Source: an uncultured Gemmatimonadaceae bacterium
GTDB taxonomy: Bacteria > Gemmatimonadota > Gemmatimonadetes > Gemmatimonadales > Gemmatimonadaceae
NCBI GenBank assembly: GCA_963761305.1
Contig: CAVXGK010000002.1
Location: 2,368,001-2,432,000, forward strand
Length of the DNA: 64,000 nucleotides
Direction of reading: 5' to 3'
Shown: positions 1 through 12,881 of the stretch, in pieces
Layout: every line of letters begins with the position of its first letter
Numbering within the stretch: the first letter of the stretch is position 1
The notes under the pieces: model-generated
What the model was told of the DNA's origin: nothing
Seen by the model: only the letters and a program-made list of their open reading frames with translations
The model's database searches: none
Translations under genes and position numbers: made by a program

Positions 1-43
1 CGAGTGCGGGTGGTACGAGCGGGGAACGCCGAGAGGAACTGAC

Positions 44-1012
44 GTGGGAACTTCTGCAACACTGGACTTCGAAAAACCGATCGTCGAGTTGGAAAAGCAG
101 ATCGACGAGCTGAAGCGGCTCGCCGGCGGCCAGCAACTCGACGTCAACGACGAGATCGCGCCGCTCGAGCGCAAGCTCGCCGATTTGCGCGGTGAGATTT
201 ACAAGAACCTCACGCCGTGGCAGCGCGTGCAGGTCGCGCGGAGCGCGAAGCGGCCATTCACGCTCGACTACATCCAACACGCGTTCACCGACTTCATCGA
301 GTTGCACGGTGACAGGGCATTTCGAGAGGATGCGGCCATCGTCGGCGGCTGGGCGCGCCTCGACGGCGAGACGGTGATGGTCATCGGCCACCAGCGCGGC
401 CGCGATACGAAAGAGATTCTCAAGCGCAACTTCGGGATGCCGCATCCCGAGGGGTATCGCAAGGCGCTGCGGCTCATGAAGCTCGCCGAGAAGTTCTCGG
501 TCCCTGTGATCACGTTCATCGACACGATGGGCGCGTGGGCCGGGCTCGGCGCCGAAGAACGCGGGCAGTCGGAAGCGATCGCGCGCAATCTGTTCGAGAT
601 GAGCCGGCTCGAAGTGCCGATCATCGCCACGGTCATCGGCGAAGGCGGCTCGGGCGGCGCGCTCGCGCTCGGCGTCTCCGACCGGACGAACATGCTCGAG
701 AACGCCGTCTACTCGGTCATCACGGTGGAAGGCTGCGCGTCCATTCTATGGAAGGACGGCAAGAGCCAGGAGCTACGCGAAAAGGCGGCGTCGGCGCTCC
801 GAATCACGGCACAGGACCTCCAGGAATTGCGCGTCATCGACGAGATTATTCCTGAGCCGCCCGGCGGTGCGCACGCCAACCACGAGGCCGCCGCGGCGAA
901 CGTGCACGACACGCTCGTCCGACAGCTCGAGGACCTGCGCCGGCACAAGCCGGACAAGCTCGTCCGACGGCGGCGTCAGAAGTTCATGCGCATCGGACAA
1001 TATCTGGAGTGA
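44..1012 (+). CDS. accA: acetyl-CoA carboxylase carboxyltransferase subunit alpha
   Basis: LDFEKPI N-terminus, [16 protein letters not shown] and [10 protein letters not shown] motifs; 322 aa. Confidence 0.97.
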   Translation: MGTSATLDFEKPIVELEKQIDELKRLAGGQQLDVNDEIAPLERKLADLRGEIYKNLTPWQRVQVARSAKRPFTLDYIQHAFTDFIELHGDRAFREDAAIVGGWARLDGETVMVIGHQRGRDTKEILKRNFGMPHPEGYRKALRLMKLAEKFSVPVITFIDTMGAWAGLGAEERGQSEAIARNLFEMSRLEVPIIATVIGEGGSGGALALGVSDRTNMLENAVYSVITVEGCASILWKDGKSQELREKAASALRITAQDLQELRVIDEIIPEPPGGAHANHEAAAANVHDTLVRQLEDLRRHKPDKLVRRRRQKFMRIGQYLE

Positions 1013-1014
1013 CA

Positions 1015-1030
1015 GGTGGACCCGTCCACC
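1015..1030. repeat. minimal inverted octamer-family hairpin GGTGGAC-CC-GTCCACC
   Basis: perfect 7-bp inverted repeat 2 nt after the accA stop codon. Confidence 0.7.
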
Positions 1031-1037
1031 CGCATTC

Positions 1038-2270
1038 ATGTCTCACCTGATCGAAGTCGCCTTCAAGGGCAACCGAAAAGATTTCTTCCTCTGGGAGTCC
1101 GAGGATCCGCCGCCGCTCAAAGCCGCGGTGATCGTCGACGCCGACCGGGGTGAGGACCTCGGCCGCGTGCACGCGTTGGGCGAGCTCGCCGCCAAGCGAA
1201 ACGCCGGAACGCCGCACGGCTACGGCAACATGGGCACGACCAAGAAGGCGCGTCGCCTGGCGAGCAAGGACGACGAGCGTCGCGCGAGCGACCTACGGGT
1301 GCAGGACGACGACGCGCGGCGACGCGCCATGGAGCGCGTGAACGCCAACAAGCTGGCGATGAAGCTGTCCGACGCCGAATGGCAGTGGGACCGCAAGAAG
1401 CTCACGTTGTATTTCACCGCCGAAAAGCGAATCGACTTCCGCGCGCTCGTGCGCGAGCTGGCGTCGATGTTCCGCACGCGCATCGAGCTGAAGCAGATCG
1501 GCGTGCGCGACGAAGCCAAGCGTCTCGATGGCGTCGGCCGCTGCGGCCGCCAATATTGCTCGGCGTCGTGGCTCCCCGAGCTCCGTCCGGTGAACCTCGG
1601 CGTGGCGAAGGATCAGCGCTTGTCGCTCAACCCGTCGCAGATCTCCGGGGCATGCGGGCGGCTGATGTGCTGTCTGCGGTACGAACACGAGTTCTACGTG
1701 CAGAGCCGCAAGCGTTTCCCGAAGGAAGGCAGAATCGTGAAGACGAAAGTCGGCGAGGAGAAGGTCGTCGCCAACGACATCTTTCGCGAACGCGTCACGC
1801 TGCGCGGCGACGACGGCGAGCAACGCACGATTGCCTTGCTCGATTTGCGCGAAGAGGCCGAGTCAGTCGGCGCGCCGCTCCCCTTCGCGCCCGCGCCGGC
1901 GATCGTGACGCTCGACGAGCACGAGGAGGATATTGTCTTCGAGGAAGCCGTCGTAGCGGACAGGGTGGTCGTGGTGGAACCGGCCGAAGAAGGTGGACCG
2001 GTGGACGTGTGGACCGGTGAGCCGGGGGAAACCGCGGAAGAAGAAGAAGACGGTGAACCCGAGGAAACCGCTGAACCGTTCGAACCTTCCCGTGGTCCAG
2101 CCGTCAAGACGTCCACCCGTGAGGTCGGCCAGCCGGGCGAACACACACCGCCCGGGACCGACCACATCAAACGTCCCCGCCGCCGACGCGGTCGTCGCGG
2201 CGGACGACGCAACCGCCCGGGCGGAAATCGCGGTCCGTCGGACGGCACGCCACCGGCCAACAGCGATTGA
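1038..2270 (+). CDS. ricT: PSP1-domain protein (RicT/YaaT family) with long acidic then Arg-rich tail
   Basis: YFTAEKRIDFRALVRELA, RIELKQIGVRDEAK, CGR..C and ISGACGRLMCCLRYE motifs; ATG at 1038; upstream of metG. Confidence 0.88.
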   Translation: MSHLIEVAFKGNRKDFFLWESEDPPPLKAAVIVDADRGEDLGRVHALGELAAKRNAGTPHGYGNMGTTKKARRLASKDDERRASDLRVQDDDARRRAMERVNANKLAMKLSDAEWQWDRKKLTLYFTAEKRIDFRALVRELASMFRTRIELKQIGVRDEAKRLDGVGRCGRQYCSASWLPELRPVNLGVAKDQRLSLNPSQISGACGRLMCCLRYEHEFYVQSRKRFPKEGRIVKTKVGEEKVVANDIFRERVTLRGDDGEQRTIALLDLREEAESVGAPLPFAPAPAIVTLDEHEEDIVFEEAVVADRVVVVEPAEEGGPVDVWTGEPGETAEEEEDGEPEETAEPFEPSRGPAVKTSTREVGQPGEHTPPGTDHIKRPRRRRGRRGGRRNRPGGNRGPSDGTPPANSD

Positions 2271-3835
2271 TGGCCAAGTTCTACCTCACGACCGCGATCG
2301 ACTACGCGAACGGCGAACCGCACATCGGCCATGCGTACGAGAAGATCGGCGCCGACACGATCGCGCGGTATCACCGCATGCGCGGCGACGACGTCTATTT
2401 CCTCACCGGACTCGACGAGCACGGCCAGAAAGTCGCGCAGGCGGCAGCCGAGCGCGGCGTGTCGCCGCAGCAGTTCGTCGACTCGATCGCCGGGCGCTTC
2501 GAGGACATGTGGCACCGGCTGTCCATTTCGTACGACCGCTTCATGCGCACGACGGGCGAGGACCACAAGCGCGGGGTCCGCGCGCTCATCAAGCGCATCC
2601 ACGATGCCTCGCCCGACGACTTTTATGAGAAGTCGTATGAAGGCTGGTACTGCGTAGGCTGCGAGCTGTTCAAGCGCGACGACGAGATCGAGAACGGCCA
2701 CTGCGTCCTGCACCCGACGCGCGAGCTGCAGTGGACCACGGAGCGCAACTGGTTCTTTCGACTCACGCGCTACGAACCGTTCCTGCGACGGTTGTTCGCC
2801 GAGCGCCCGCAGTTTCTCGAACCCGAGACGCGGCGCAACGAGATCCTGTCGCTGATCGAGCAGGGACTCGAGGACATCTCGATCACGCGATCGCGATTGT
2901 CGTGGGCGATTCCCTTCCCGCTCCAACTCTCGAACGGCGAAGAGCAAGGCACGTGGGTCTGGTTCGACGCGCTGCCGAACTATCTCACGGCCACCGGATT
3001 TCCGGAGAAGCGCTACCACGACCGCTGGCCCGCGCAGTTGCACGTCATCGGCAAGGACATCACGCGGCTGCACGCGGTCGTCTGGCCGGCGATGCTGCAG
3101 GCCGCCGAGCTGCCGCTCCCGGAGCGCGTGTGGGCGCACGGATTCGTGTTGCTCGGCGGCGAGCGGTTCAGCAAGTCCGCCGGCGTTCGCCTCGACGTCG
3201 ACGAAGCGATCAACCGATACGGTGCCGACGCGCTCCGCTATTTCCTGCTCCGCGAAGTCGCCTTCGACACCGACGGCAGCTTCTCCTTCGAGCGCTACGA
3301 CGAGCGCTACACGTCCGACCTCGCCAACTCACTCGGCAACCTGGCGAGCCGCGCGATCTCGATGGTCGAGAAGTATTGCGAAGGCGTCGTCCCACAGGGC
3401 TCGGCGATGGAGATCGACCGTGCCGACGCCGCCGATCTCGCCGAGTATCACGCGGCGCTCGACGGCAGCCGCGGCTACATGCTGCACGATGGACTCAAGC
3501 GCGTGATGTCATCCGTGGCGCGGGGCAACGAGTTCGTCCAGGCGCAGCAACCGTGGGCGCTCGCGAAAAAACCCGAGTCGCGCCCCGATCTCGATCGAGC
3601 CCTCGCCGCGATCGTCCGACAGCTGGCGCGTCACGCCATCCACCTCGCGCCGTTCATGCCGAACAAGACGCAGGAGCTGTGGATGCAGCTCGGCGGCCCG
3701 GGCCGCGTCGAAGATCAGCGTTTCGATTCCGTCGCCGCGCTCGACGTTACCGGTTGGCACGTCGCCAAGGGACCTGCCTTGTTCCCGCGACCCGAATCAC
3801 CGGGAACCGCCGCTCGGGCTGGCAACAACGATTAG
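2270..3835 (+). CDS. metG: methionine--tRNA ligase (short form, no C-terminal tRNA-binding domain)
   Basis: YLTTAIDYANGEPHIGH, GLDEHGQK, CVGCE zinc knuckle, WFDALPNY, IGKDI; KMSKS appears as RFSKS; TGATG overlap with ricT. Confidence 0.96.
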   Translation: MAKFYLTTAIDYANGEPHIGHAYEKIGADTIARYHRMRGDDVYFLTGLDEHGQKVAQAAAERGVSPQQFVDSIAGRFEDMWHRLSISYDRFMRTTGEDHKRGVRALIKRIHDASPDDFYEKSYEGWYCVGCELFKRDDEIENGHCVLHPTRELQWTTERNWFFRLTRYEPFLRRLFAERPQFLEPETRRNEILSLIEQGLEDISITRSRLSWAIPFPLQLSNGEEQGTWVWFDALPNYLTATGFPEKRYHDRWPAQLHVIGKDITRLHAVVWPAMLQAAELPLPERVWAHGFVLLGGERFSKSAGVRLDVDEAINRYGADALRYFLLREVAFDTDGSFSFERYDERYTSDLANSLGNLASRAISMVEKYCEGVVPQGSAMEIDRADAADLAEYHAALDGSRGYMLHDGLKRVMSSVARGNEFVQAQQPWALAKKPESRPDLDRALAAIVRQLARHAIHLAPFMPNKTQELWMQLGGPGRVEDQRFDSVAALDVTGWHVAKGPALFPRPESPGTAARAGNND

Positions 3836-3838
3836 TAA

Positions 3839-3953
3839 ACGGACACAAACGGATTAGACGGACACAGACGGAAACGGCGCCTGGTCAAAAGCCGAAAAAA
3901 CTTTGTTGTTGCAGTCTCCGCGTGTGTCAGCAGTTCAATCCGTTGGTGTCCGT
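3839..3953. repeat. intergenic hairpin element of ACGGA-containing 9-10 nt units
   Basis: ACGGACACAAACGGATT (3839-3855) pairs 16/17 with AATCCGTTGGTGTCCGT (3937-3953); lies between convergent genes. Confidence 0.7.
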
Positions 3954-4010
3954 GTATCAATCGTTGATGCCAGATCCCACGACTGGCACGAAGGACGATA
4001 CAGACCTACC

Positions 4011-4598
4011 CTATGGCTTTGCCGGCGGAGGCGTCGTCGCCGGTTTCGAGAAATCAACCGTCGGCGGCCCTTGCTGAGCGTTCGCGGTCGCCGTGAAGTA
4101 CGTGCGCGGCTTGGCTCCGGTCACCTTCGCGGTGAAGACGGCCGGGAATTGCCGGATGTACGCGTTGTACTGGTTCACGGCGTTGTTGTAGTCGTTGCGC
4201 GAGACCGCGATCCGATTCTCCGTGCCAGTGAGCTCGTCCTGCAACCGGATGAAGCTCTGGTCGGCCTTCAAGTTCGGATACGCTTCGACGTTGATCATCA
4301 GCCGGCTGAGCGACGACGTGAGCTTCGCGTCCGCGTCGGCCATCGTACCGGCGTCGTGCGTTTGCAGCGCGCTCACCAGCCCGGCGCGCGCCCGCGTGAC
4401 CTCCTCGAGCGTTTCCTGCTCGTGCGTCGCGTAGCCCTTCACCGTGCTGACGAGATTCGGAATCAGATCGGCGCGGCGCTGCAGCTGCACCTCGATCTGT
4501 CCCTGCGCCGAATTGGCCTGCTCGTCGAGCCGCTGAATGGTGTTGTACCCGCACGAAGCCAGCAGGGGCAGCAGCAAAAGGGCGAGCCAGCGTTTCAT
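4011..4598 (-). CDS. lemA: LemA family protein (lipoprotein-like N-terminus)
   Basis: LASCGYNTIQRLDE, QLQRRADLIPNLVSTVKGYA, VEAYPNLKADQSF..LQDELTGTENRIAV. Confidence 0.93.
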   Translation of the reverse strand: MKRWLALLLLPLLASCGYNTIQRLDEQANSAQGQIEVQLQRRADLIPNLVSTVKGYATHEQETLEEVTRARAGLVSALQTHDAGTMADADAKLTSSLSRLMINVEAYPNLKADQSFIRLQDELTGTENRIAVSRNDYNNAVNQYNAYIRQFPAVFTAKVTGAKPRTYFTATANAQQGPPTVDFSKPATTPPPAKP

Positions 4599-4675
4599 GG
4601 TCGTGCTCCGAGAGACGAACTGTGGGTGGAAGCCTGCGCTCACACTACGTAACACGCTCGAGCCGGGTGCCAACA

Positions 4676-5395
4676 TCACCCAACCGGCTGGAAATGATCG
4701 AGATACGACACCAAGCGCTCCATGCCCCGCAGATAGCCGGCCAACACATCGCCGGCCTCGGCCGCCCGGAGCGCCGGTTCGTTTCGGATGTGCTTCACCA
4801 CGCGAACGAACGGCGCCGCGTCGAATCCGGCGCGCTGCCCCACCGCTTCGACGAGTTGAACGTTGTCCTTCGGCGGCTGCGAAGCATGCAGCCGGAGAAA
4901 CGCGCGGAAGAGGACGAGTATCGGACTCAGGCTCTCCGACAACAGCTCGAGCTCGCGATCCTGATCGTTGCCCGCGCCGAGCAGTCCCTGACGAAGACGG
5001 AGCAGCTTGCCCATCGTCTCCTGCTCGACCTGGAGACGCAGATCCCGCGGGTCGACGCGGATTCCGTCGAACGGCGGCTCGCCGTGCAGCACGCGATGCC
5101 GGTCGAGAATGTCGGCGTACTCCATCGGGAAGATGTCGGCCGAGCCGAGCCACTCTTCCCGCGTGAGAGTGAGCGGCGCGTGGTTGCCGGCGTCCACCCA
5201 CGCGCGCGACGCCGCCGACGCCGCGCGCAATCGCGACGCGTCGAGCGAGTCGACGATGACGAGCACGTTGTGATCCTGCTTCTTGGCGCCCGCCTCACCC
5301 CCCGCCGACGAGCCATACAGCACGATCGATCGAAGCGCGGTGCCGTACGCCGCGCGCAGTTGCTTCACCAGTTCGTCCAATGTCATTCGCGCCAT
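4676..5395 (-). CDS. nucleotidyltransferase-fold protein of the TPM-NT-LemA cluster
   Basis: SIVLYGS....G....D.NVLVI motif and DIFPMEY..I.....VLHG. Confidence 0.7.
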   Translation of the reverse strand: MARMTLDELVKQLRAAYGTALRSIVLYGSSAGGEAGAKKQDHNVLVIVDSLDASRLRAASAASRAWVDAGNHAPLTLTREEWLGSADIFPMEYADILDRHRVLHGEPPFDGIRVDPRDLRLQVEQETMGKLLRLRQGLLGAGNDQDRELELLSESLSPILVLFRAFLRLHASQPPKDNVQLVEAVGQRAGFDAAPFVRVVKHIRNEPALRAAEAGDVLAGYLRGMERLVSYLDHFQPVG

Positions 5396-5398
5396 GGG

Positions 5399-6241
5399 TC
5401 ACCAAGATCCGCTGGAGCCGCCACCGCCGAAACCACCGCCACCACCGAAACCTCCGAATCCGCCACCACCACCGCCGCCGAACCCGCCGCCCCCCCAGCC
5501 ACCGCCGCCACCGCCTCCCCTCCAGCCGCCACCGCCTAAGGGCAGGAAGATCGGCAAGCACCCTCCGCCACGACGGCCTCTGGTCACCAACGATATGATG
5601 AAAAAGAGCAGGAAGAACCAGACGATCGGCGGAATGCCACCACCTGAGTTGCTGCGTCGCTGCACCGGCTGAACGTCGATTTGCGGCTGGACGTTCGGAT
5701 TGACCTGGAAGTTGAATTCGTTCGCGAAATGGGCGGCGATGCTGTCGACCATCAACAGAATGCCGGAGCCGTAATCACGATTTTTGAAATAAGGAATCGC
5801 GAGGTCGCGGAACTCGCCCGTCGTCGCGTCGGTGAGGAATCCTTCGGCGCCGAAGCCGACCTCGGTGCGAATGTGGCCTTGCCCATCGGCGCTCGTTTCC
5901 TTCGGCACCACGAGCAGAATGACGCCGGTGTTCTTCGCCGGCTGGCCGGGATTGCCCTTCTTGCCCACGGCCCACTGCCGGCCGATCTCGAGTCCCACCT
6001 CTTCGACCGGCCGCCCTTTGAGATCCGGCAGCGTGACGACGACGATCTCACCGCCCGACTTGGCCTTCACATCGTCGATGATTGCCGAGATGGCGGCGAC
6101 TTTGTCCGGAGGAATGACGTGCGCGAAGTCGTTGACGTAGCCGACCGGCGCGGGAAGCTGGAGCGCCTGCGCCTGGGCGCTCCCATGCACCACCGCGGTC
6201 AGCGAGGCGAGAATCCAGAGCGCGAGCGAGCGGATGTGCAC
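5399..6241 (-). CDS. TPM domain protein (YgcG-like) with Gly-rich C-terminus
   Basis: GYVNDFAHVI, EIVVVT, RTEVGFGAEG, one TM helix, GGGGFGGGGSSGSW end. Confidence 0.92.
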   Translation of the reverse strand: MHIRSLALWILASLTAVVHGSAQAQALQLPAPVGYVNDFAHVIPPDKVAAISAIIDDVKAKSGGEIVVVTLPDLKGRPVEEVGLEIGRQWAVGKKGNPGQPAKNTGVILLVVPKETSADGQGHIRTEVGFGAEGFLTDATTGEFRDLAIPYFKNRDYGSGILLMVDSIAAHFANEFNFQVNPNVQPQIDVQPVQRRSNSGGGIPPIVWFFLLFFIISLVTRGRRGGGCLPIFLPLGGGGWRGGGGGGGWGGGGFGGGGGGGFGGFGGGGGFGGGGSSGSW

Positions 6242-6370
6242 GGTCGAAGGCTACCCCACTCGTTCCCTTCGTGGAAGCGGCCTTGCGGCGAACGCAGGGG
6301 CAGCCCGCGCAGCGACCCAGCACGGCAACCAAGGAATTGGCGGGTCCCCTGTACGCGCGTAGATTCATAG

Positions 6371-7093
6371 ATGACAATGTCATACCGCTCACTGGGAAGA
6401 CCGAAACGCACTGCCGTCGCGCTTGCCGCGACCGCCTTTCTGGCCCTTGGCTGTTCTCGCGGCGACGCCGCCGGCGGCGGTGGCAAGTCCGCCGCTGCAC
6501 CTGCCACGACGGTGGCCTCGGCCGCCCCTGCCGCGAATCCCGCCCAGGATTCGGTCGCCGTGAAAGCAGATCGCGGCCGGATACTCGGCGACTCGGCGGC
6601 GAAGGTCTGGCTCGTCATGGCCAGCGACTTTCAGTGTCCCTTCTGCAAGCAATGGCACGACGCGTCGTTCGCCAACGTCGTCCAGAAATACGTGAAGACC
6701 GGACGCGTGCGCATGGCCTACCTCAACATGCCGCTCAGCATCCACCCGTTCGCCAAGCCGGCCGCCGAGGCGGCGATGTGCGCGTCGGCGCAGAGCAAGT
6801 TCTGGCCGATGCACGACTCGCTCTTCGCGACGCAGCGAATCTGGGAGACGCTACAGAGCCCCAGCTCGTTCTTCGACACGTTGGCGAGCCACAACCACGT
6901 CGACATGGCGAGCTGGCGGACGTGCGTGACGCAGCATCTCACGATGCCGCTCATCGACGCCGACTACGAACGCGCGCACAACGCCGGCGTCATCTCGACC
7001 CCGACGTTCATCATCGGCGCGACGAAGCTCGCCAGCGCCGATGCCGACGTCGCCGGTGCGCTCGACTCGGCGCTCGCGAAAGTCAAACCGTAG
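6371..7093 (+). CDS. DsbA/DsbG-like thioredoxin-fold lipoprotein
   Basis: lipobox LALGC, SDFQCPFC active site, GVISTPTFII cis-Pro motif. Confidence 0.9.
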   Translation: MTMSYRSLGRPKRTAVALAATAFLALGCSRGDAAGGGGKSAAAPATTVASAAPAANPAQDSVAVKADRGRILGDSAAKVWLVMASDFQCPFCKQWHDASFANVVQKYVKTGRVRMAYLNMPLSIHPFAKPAAEAAMCASAQSKFWPMHDSLFATQRIWETLQSPSSFFDTLASHNHVDMASWRTCVTQHLTMPLIDADYERAHNAGVISTPTFIIGATKLASADADVAGALDSALAKVKP

Positions 7094-7110
7094 TCGACCG
7101 TCACCACTGC

Positions 7111-8391
7111 GTGCGCTTTCCGGTCCAGCTCGGATATCGCGCGCTGGCGCAGATCGCCCGCGGCGCGGCGCTCGTCACGCCGAACAGCAACTCGAAGGTG
7201 CTCCGCTCGCTGCGCGCGCGACGCGGTATTCGCGCGCGTTACCGGCGATGGGCTGACGCGCACCGCGACGCAAATCGTCCGCTGCTCTGGATGCACGCCC
7301 CGTCCGTCGGCGAAGGATTGCAGGCGCGTCCGATCCTCGAGCTGGCGCGCTCGCGCCGTCCGGACGTTCAGATCGCCTACACGCACTTCTCGCCGAGCGC
7401 GGCGGCATTCGCCCGCTCGCTCGACGTGGACTTCGCCGACTATTTGCCGTTCGACACGCCCGGCGACGCCCGCGCCGCGCTCGACGCGCTCCGGCCCACG
7501 GCGCTCGTCTTTTCCAAGCTCGACGTCTGGCCGATGATCACGCGCGAGGCACGCGCGCGAGGCGTTCATCTGGGCCTCGTCAGCGCCACGCTCGCCCGCG
7601 GATCGTCCCGCCGTTCGCTCGGCGCAAGCGCGTTGCTGCACGACGCCTACGCGGCGCTCGACGTCGTCGGCGCGATCGACGAAGCCGACGCGGATCGACT
7701 CGTGCAGCTCGGCGTCCGCCCGCAGACGATCGTCGTCACCGGCGACACGCGCTACGACCAGGTCTGGAGTCGTGCGCAGCGCGTGGATCGGGAGGCGCCG
7801 ATGCTGGCGCGGCTCAGAGACGCGCGACCGACGCTCGTCGCCGGCTCGACGTGGCCACCCGACGAAGCGGTGCTGCTTCCCGCGTTCGAATCGCTGCGCC
7901 GCTCCGGAATCGACGTCCGTCTCGTCATCGCACCACACGAGCCGTCCGCACAGCACGTGGCGGAGCTGATCGCGTGGGCCGAGCGTGGCTCGCTACGCGG
8001 CGCTCGGCTCGACGACGCGACGAGCGACTCGGACGTCGTCGTGGTGGATCGCGTCGGAGTGCTCGGCGATCTCTACGCCGTCGCCGACGTCGCATTCGTG
8101 GGCGGCGGCTTTCACGCGGCCGGTTTGCACTCGGTGCTGGAGCCGGCGGCTTTCGGCGCGCCGGTGTTGTTCGGTCCGCGCTTTCAGAACAGCCGCGACG
8201 CGGCGCTTCTCGCGCAGCGCCACGGCGGCGCGGCGATCGGCGATACAGCTGAAGCGGAGCGGCGGTTGCGCTTCTGGCTCACGGATCCCGGCGGGCGCCG
8301 CGAGGCCGGTGACTTTGCGCGCGCCCTGGTCCGCAGTGGTGTCGGCGCCGCCGAACGATCCTTCGCGTTGGTCGATCGGCTCCTGCGGTAA
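7111..8391 (+). CDS. waaA: 3-deoxy-D-manno-octulosonic acid (Kdo) transferase
   Basis: LWMHAPSVGE, YLPFDTP, VTGDTRYD, AGSTW..DE, AFVGGGF..GLHSVLEPA; GTG start approximate. Confidence 0.9.
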   Translation: MRFPVQLGYRALAQIARGAALVTPNSNSKVLRSLRARRGIRARYRRWADAHRDANRPLLWMHAPSVGEGLQARPILELARSRRPDVQIAYTHFSPSAAAFARSLDVDFADYLPFDTPGDARAALDALRPTALVFSKLDVWPMITREARARGVHLGLVSATLARGSSRRSLGASALLHDAYAALDVVGAIDEADADRLVQLGVRPQTIVVTGDTRYDQVWSRAQRVDREAPMLARLRDARPTLVAGSTWPPDEAVLLPAFESLRRSGIDVRLVIAPHEPSAQHVAELIAWAERGSLRGARLDDATSDSDVVVVDRVGVLGDLYAVADVAFVGGGFHAAGLHSVLEPAAFGAPVLFGPRFQNSRDAALLAQRHGGAAIGDTAEAERRLRFWLTDPGGRREAGDFARALVRSGVGAAERSFALVDRLLR

Positions 8392-8524
8392 GGCCCTACC
8401 GCCGCGCGAGCCACCATCGCACAGCGGCTAAAGTTGAACGCAGATGCGTTGGTCGACCGGCTCCCTGCGGTAAGCTCCTAACCGCCGTGCGAGCCACGAT
8501 CGCGTAACGGCTAAAGTTGAACGC
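8365..8524 (+). repeat. imperfect tandem duplication (~78 bp x2) including the waaA 3' end
   Basis: GCGTTGGTCGA.CGGCTC..TGCGGTAAG...GGCTAAAGTTGAACGC at 8365-8441 and 8446-8524. Confidence 0.8.
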
Positions 8525-8560
8525 CCTACGGCGTGGCCCACGCGGCGGTAAGCGGCCCAA

Positions 8561-8809
8561 CTACAGCGCCGAGGCGCGCTCCGTCACGACACGCACGACG
8601 TTGTCGACGACCTGCAAAAACCCGCCGTCGACGTTGAACCGGCGACCGCTGTCGCCGCCGAGGCGCAGCACGCCTTTGCCGAGGAGCGCCATCATTGGGG
8701 CGTGGCCGGTGAGGATGCCGACCTCGCCGTCGAACGCCGGGGCGACGACGGAATCCGTCGTGCCCTCGTACAGCACGGCCTCCGGCGAGATCACTGAAAC
8801 GTTCAGCAT
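8561..8809 (-). CDS. atpC: ATP synthase F1 epsilon subunit (short, N-terminal domain only)
   Basis: VSVISPE, GEVGILTGHAPM, VDGGFLQV; follows atpD. Confidence 0.93.
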   Translation of the reverse strand: MLNVSVISPEAVLYEGTTDSVVAPAFDGEVGILTGHAPMMALLGKGVLRLGGDSGRRFNVDGGFLQVVDNVVRVVTERASAL

Positions 8810-8820
8810 CGTTCTCAGCT

Positions 8821-10290
<1,470 letters not shown>

Positions 10291-10328
10291 CTAGTCGTCA
10301 GCGTCAGCAACAGGAGGCAGGAACTGCC

Positions 10329-11192
10329 TCACCCTTGGAGGGCCGCGGCCCCGCCGACGATCTCGGCGATTTCCTGCGTGATGTTGGCTTGGCGTGCTCG
10401 GTTGTACGTGCGGCCCAGGATCTTGAGCATGTCGCTGGCGTTGTCCGTCGCATTTTTCATCGCCGTGCGTTGGGCGGCGTAGAACGCGGCGGTCATCTCG
10501 ACCAGCGCGCGATACACCGAGTTGCGCACGTAGAGCGGAAGCAGCTCGCCCAGAATCGCCTGCGCGTTCGGGGCGAGGATGTAATCGCGGCGCTTGGCAT
10601 CGGTCGCCGGCGGCGTCACCGGCAACACTTGAACGGTGGCCGGCGGCGAAGACAGGACTGACTTGAAATTGGGATAAACCACATAAACAGCGTCGATCTC
10701 GCCACGCGCGAACGCGTCGGTGAGATCGTTCACCAGCTCGGCGGCATTCTGGGCCGTCGGGCGATCGCCGAGGTCCGTGCGGCTGCTCGCGACCTTGCGG
10801 CCCACGTAGCGGAAGTAGCCGAGTCCCTTGCGGCCGACGGCGTGAATGTCGACCTCGACGCCGTCGCGCTCGAGACGCGCGATCGTCGCGCGCGCTTCCT
10901 TGATCAGGTTCGCGTTGAATGCTCCGGCCAGTCCGCGGTTTGCGGTCAGCACCATCACCGCCGCGCGCTTCACCTTTGTGGGCTGGCGCAGCAGTGGAAA
11001 CTGTTCGGCGAGATCCGGCGAGTAGAGGCTCGCGATCACGTCGCGCAACGCCTGCGCATACGGACGCGCTGCGGCGACGCGATCCTGCGTCCGCTTGAGC
11101 TTGGACGTCGCCACCATCTCGAGCGTCCGCGTGATCTTCCGCGTGTTCTCGACGGACTTGATGCGACCCTTGAGCTCGCGACCCTTAGCCAT
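10329..11192 (-). CDS. atpG: ATP synthase F1 gamma subunit
   Basis: RIKSVENTRKITR, RGLAGAFN, AMKNATDNA, RQANITQEIAEIVGG. Confidence 0.97.
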   Translation of the reverse strand: MAKGRELKGRIKSVENTRKITRTLEMVATSKLKRTQDRVAAARPYAQALRDVIASLYSPDLAEQFPLLRQPTKVKRAAVMVLTANRGLAGAFNANLIKEARATIARLERDGVEVDIHAVGRKGLGYFRYVGRKVASSRTDLGDRPTAQNAAELVNDLTDAFARGEIDAVYVVYPNFKSVLSSPPATVQVLPVTPPATDAKRRDYILAPNAQAILGELLPLYVRNSVYRALVEMTAAFYAAQRTAMKNATDNASDMLKILGRTYNRARQANITQEIAEIVGGAAALQG

Positions 11193-11231
11193 GGACCCGT
11201 CCGGCCGAGTGTGTCGTGGCGAACGTCTTCA

Positions 11232-12836
<1,605 letters not shown>

Positions 12837-12881
12837 ACGGAGGGATGGTAATCGAGGGGCGTGGGTGGGTGGCCTGGGGGC

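Noticed and set aside
3160..3180. Inactive MetG because KMSKS reads RFSKS
   Set aside because: The SKS core with its catalytic lysine and all other motifs are intact; within normal class I synthetase variation
6271..7110. N-terminal extension of WaaA (706-aa ORF)
   Set aside because: Overlaps the DsbA-like gene in another frame; WaaA similarity starts near 7111
8365..8524. Mini-CRISPR
   Set aside because: Two long diverged copies with no repeat-spacer alternation
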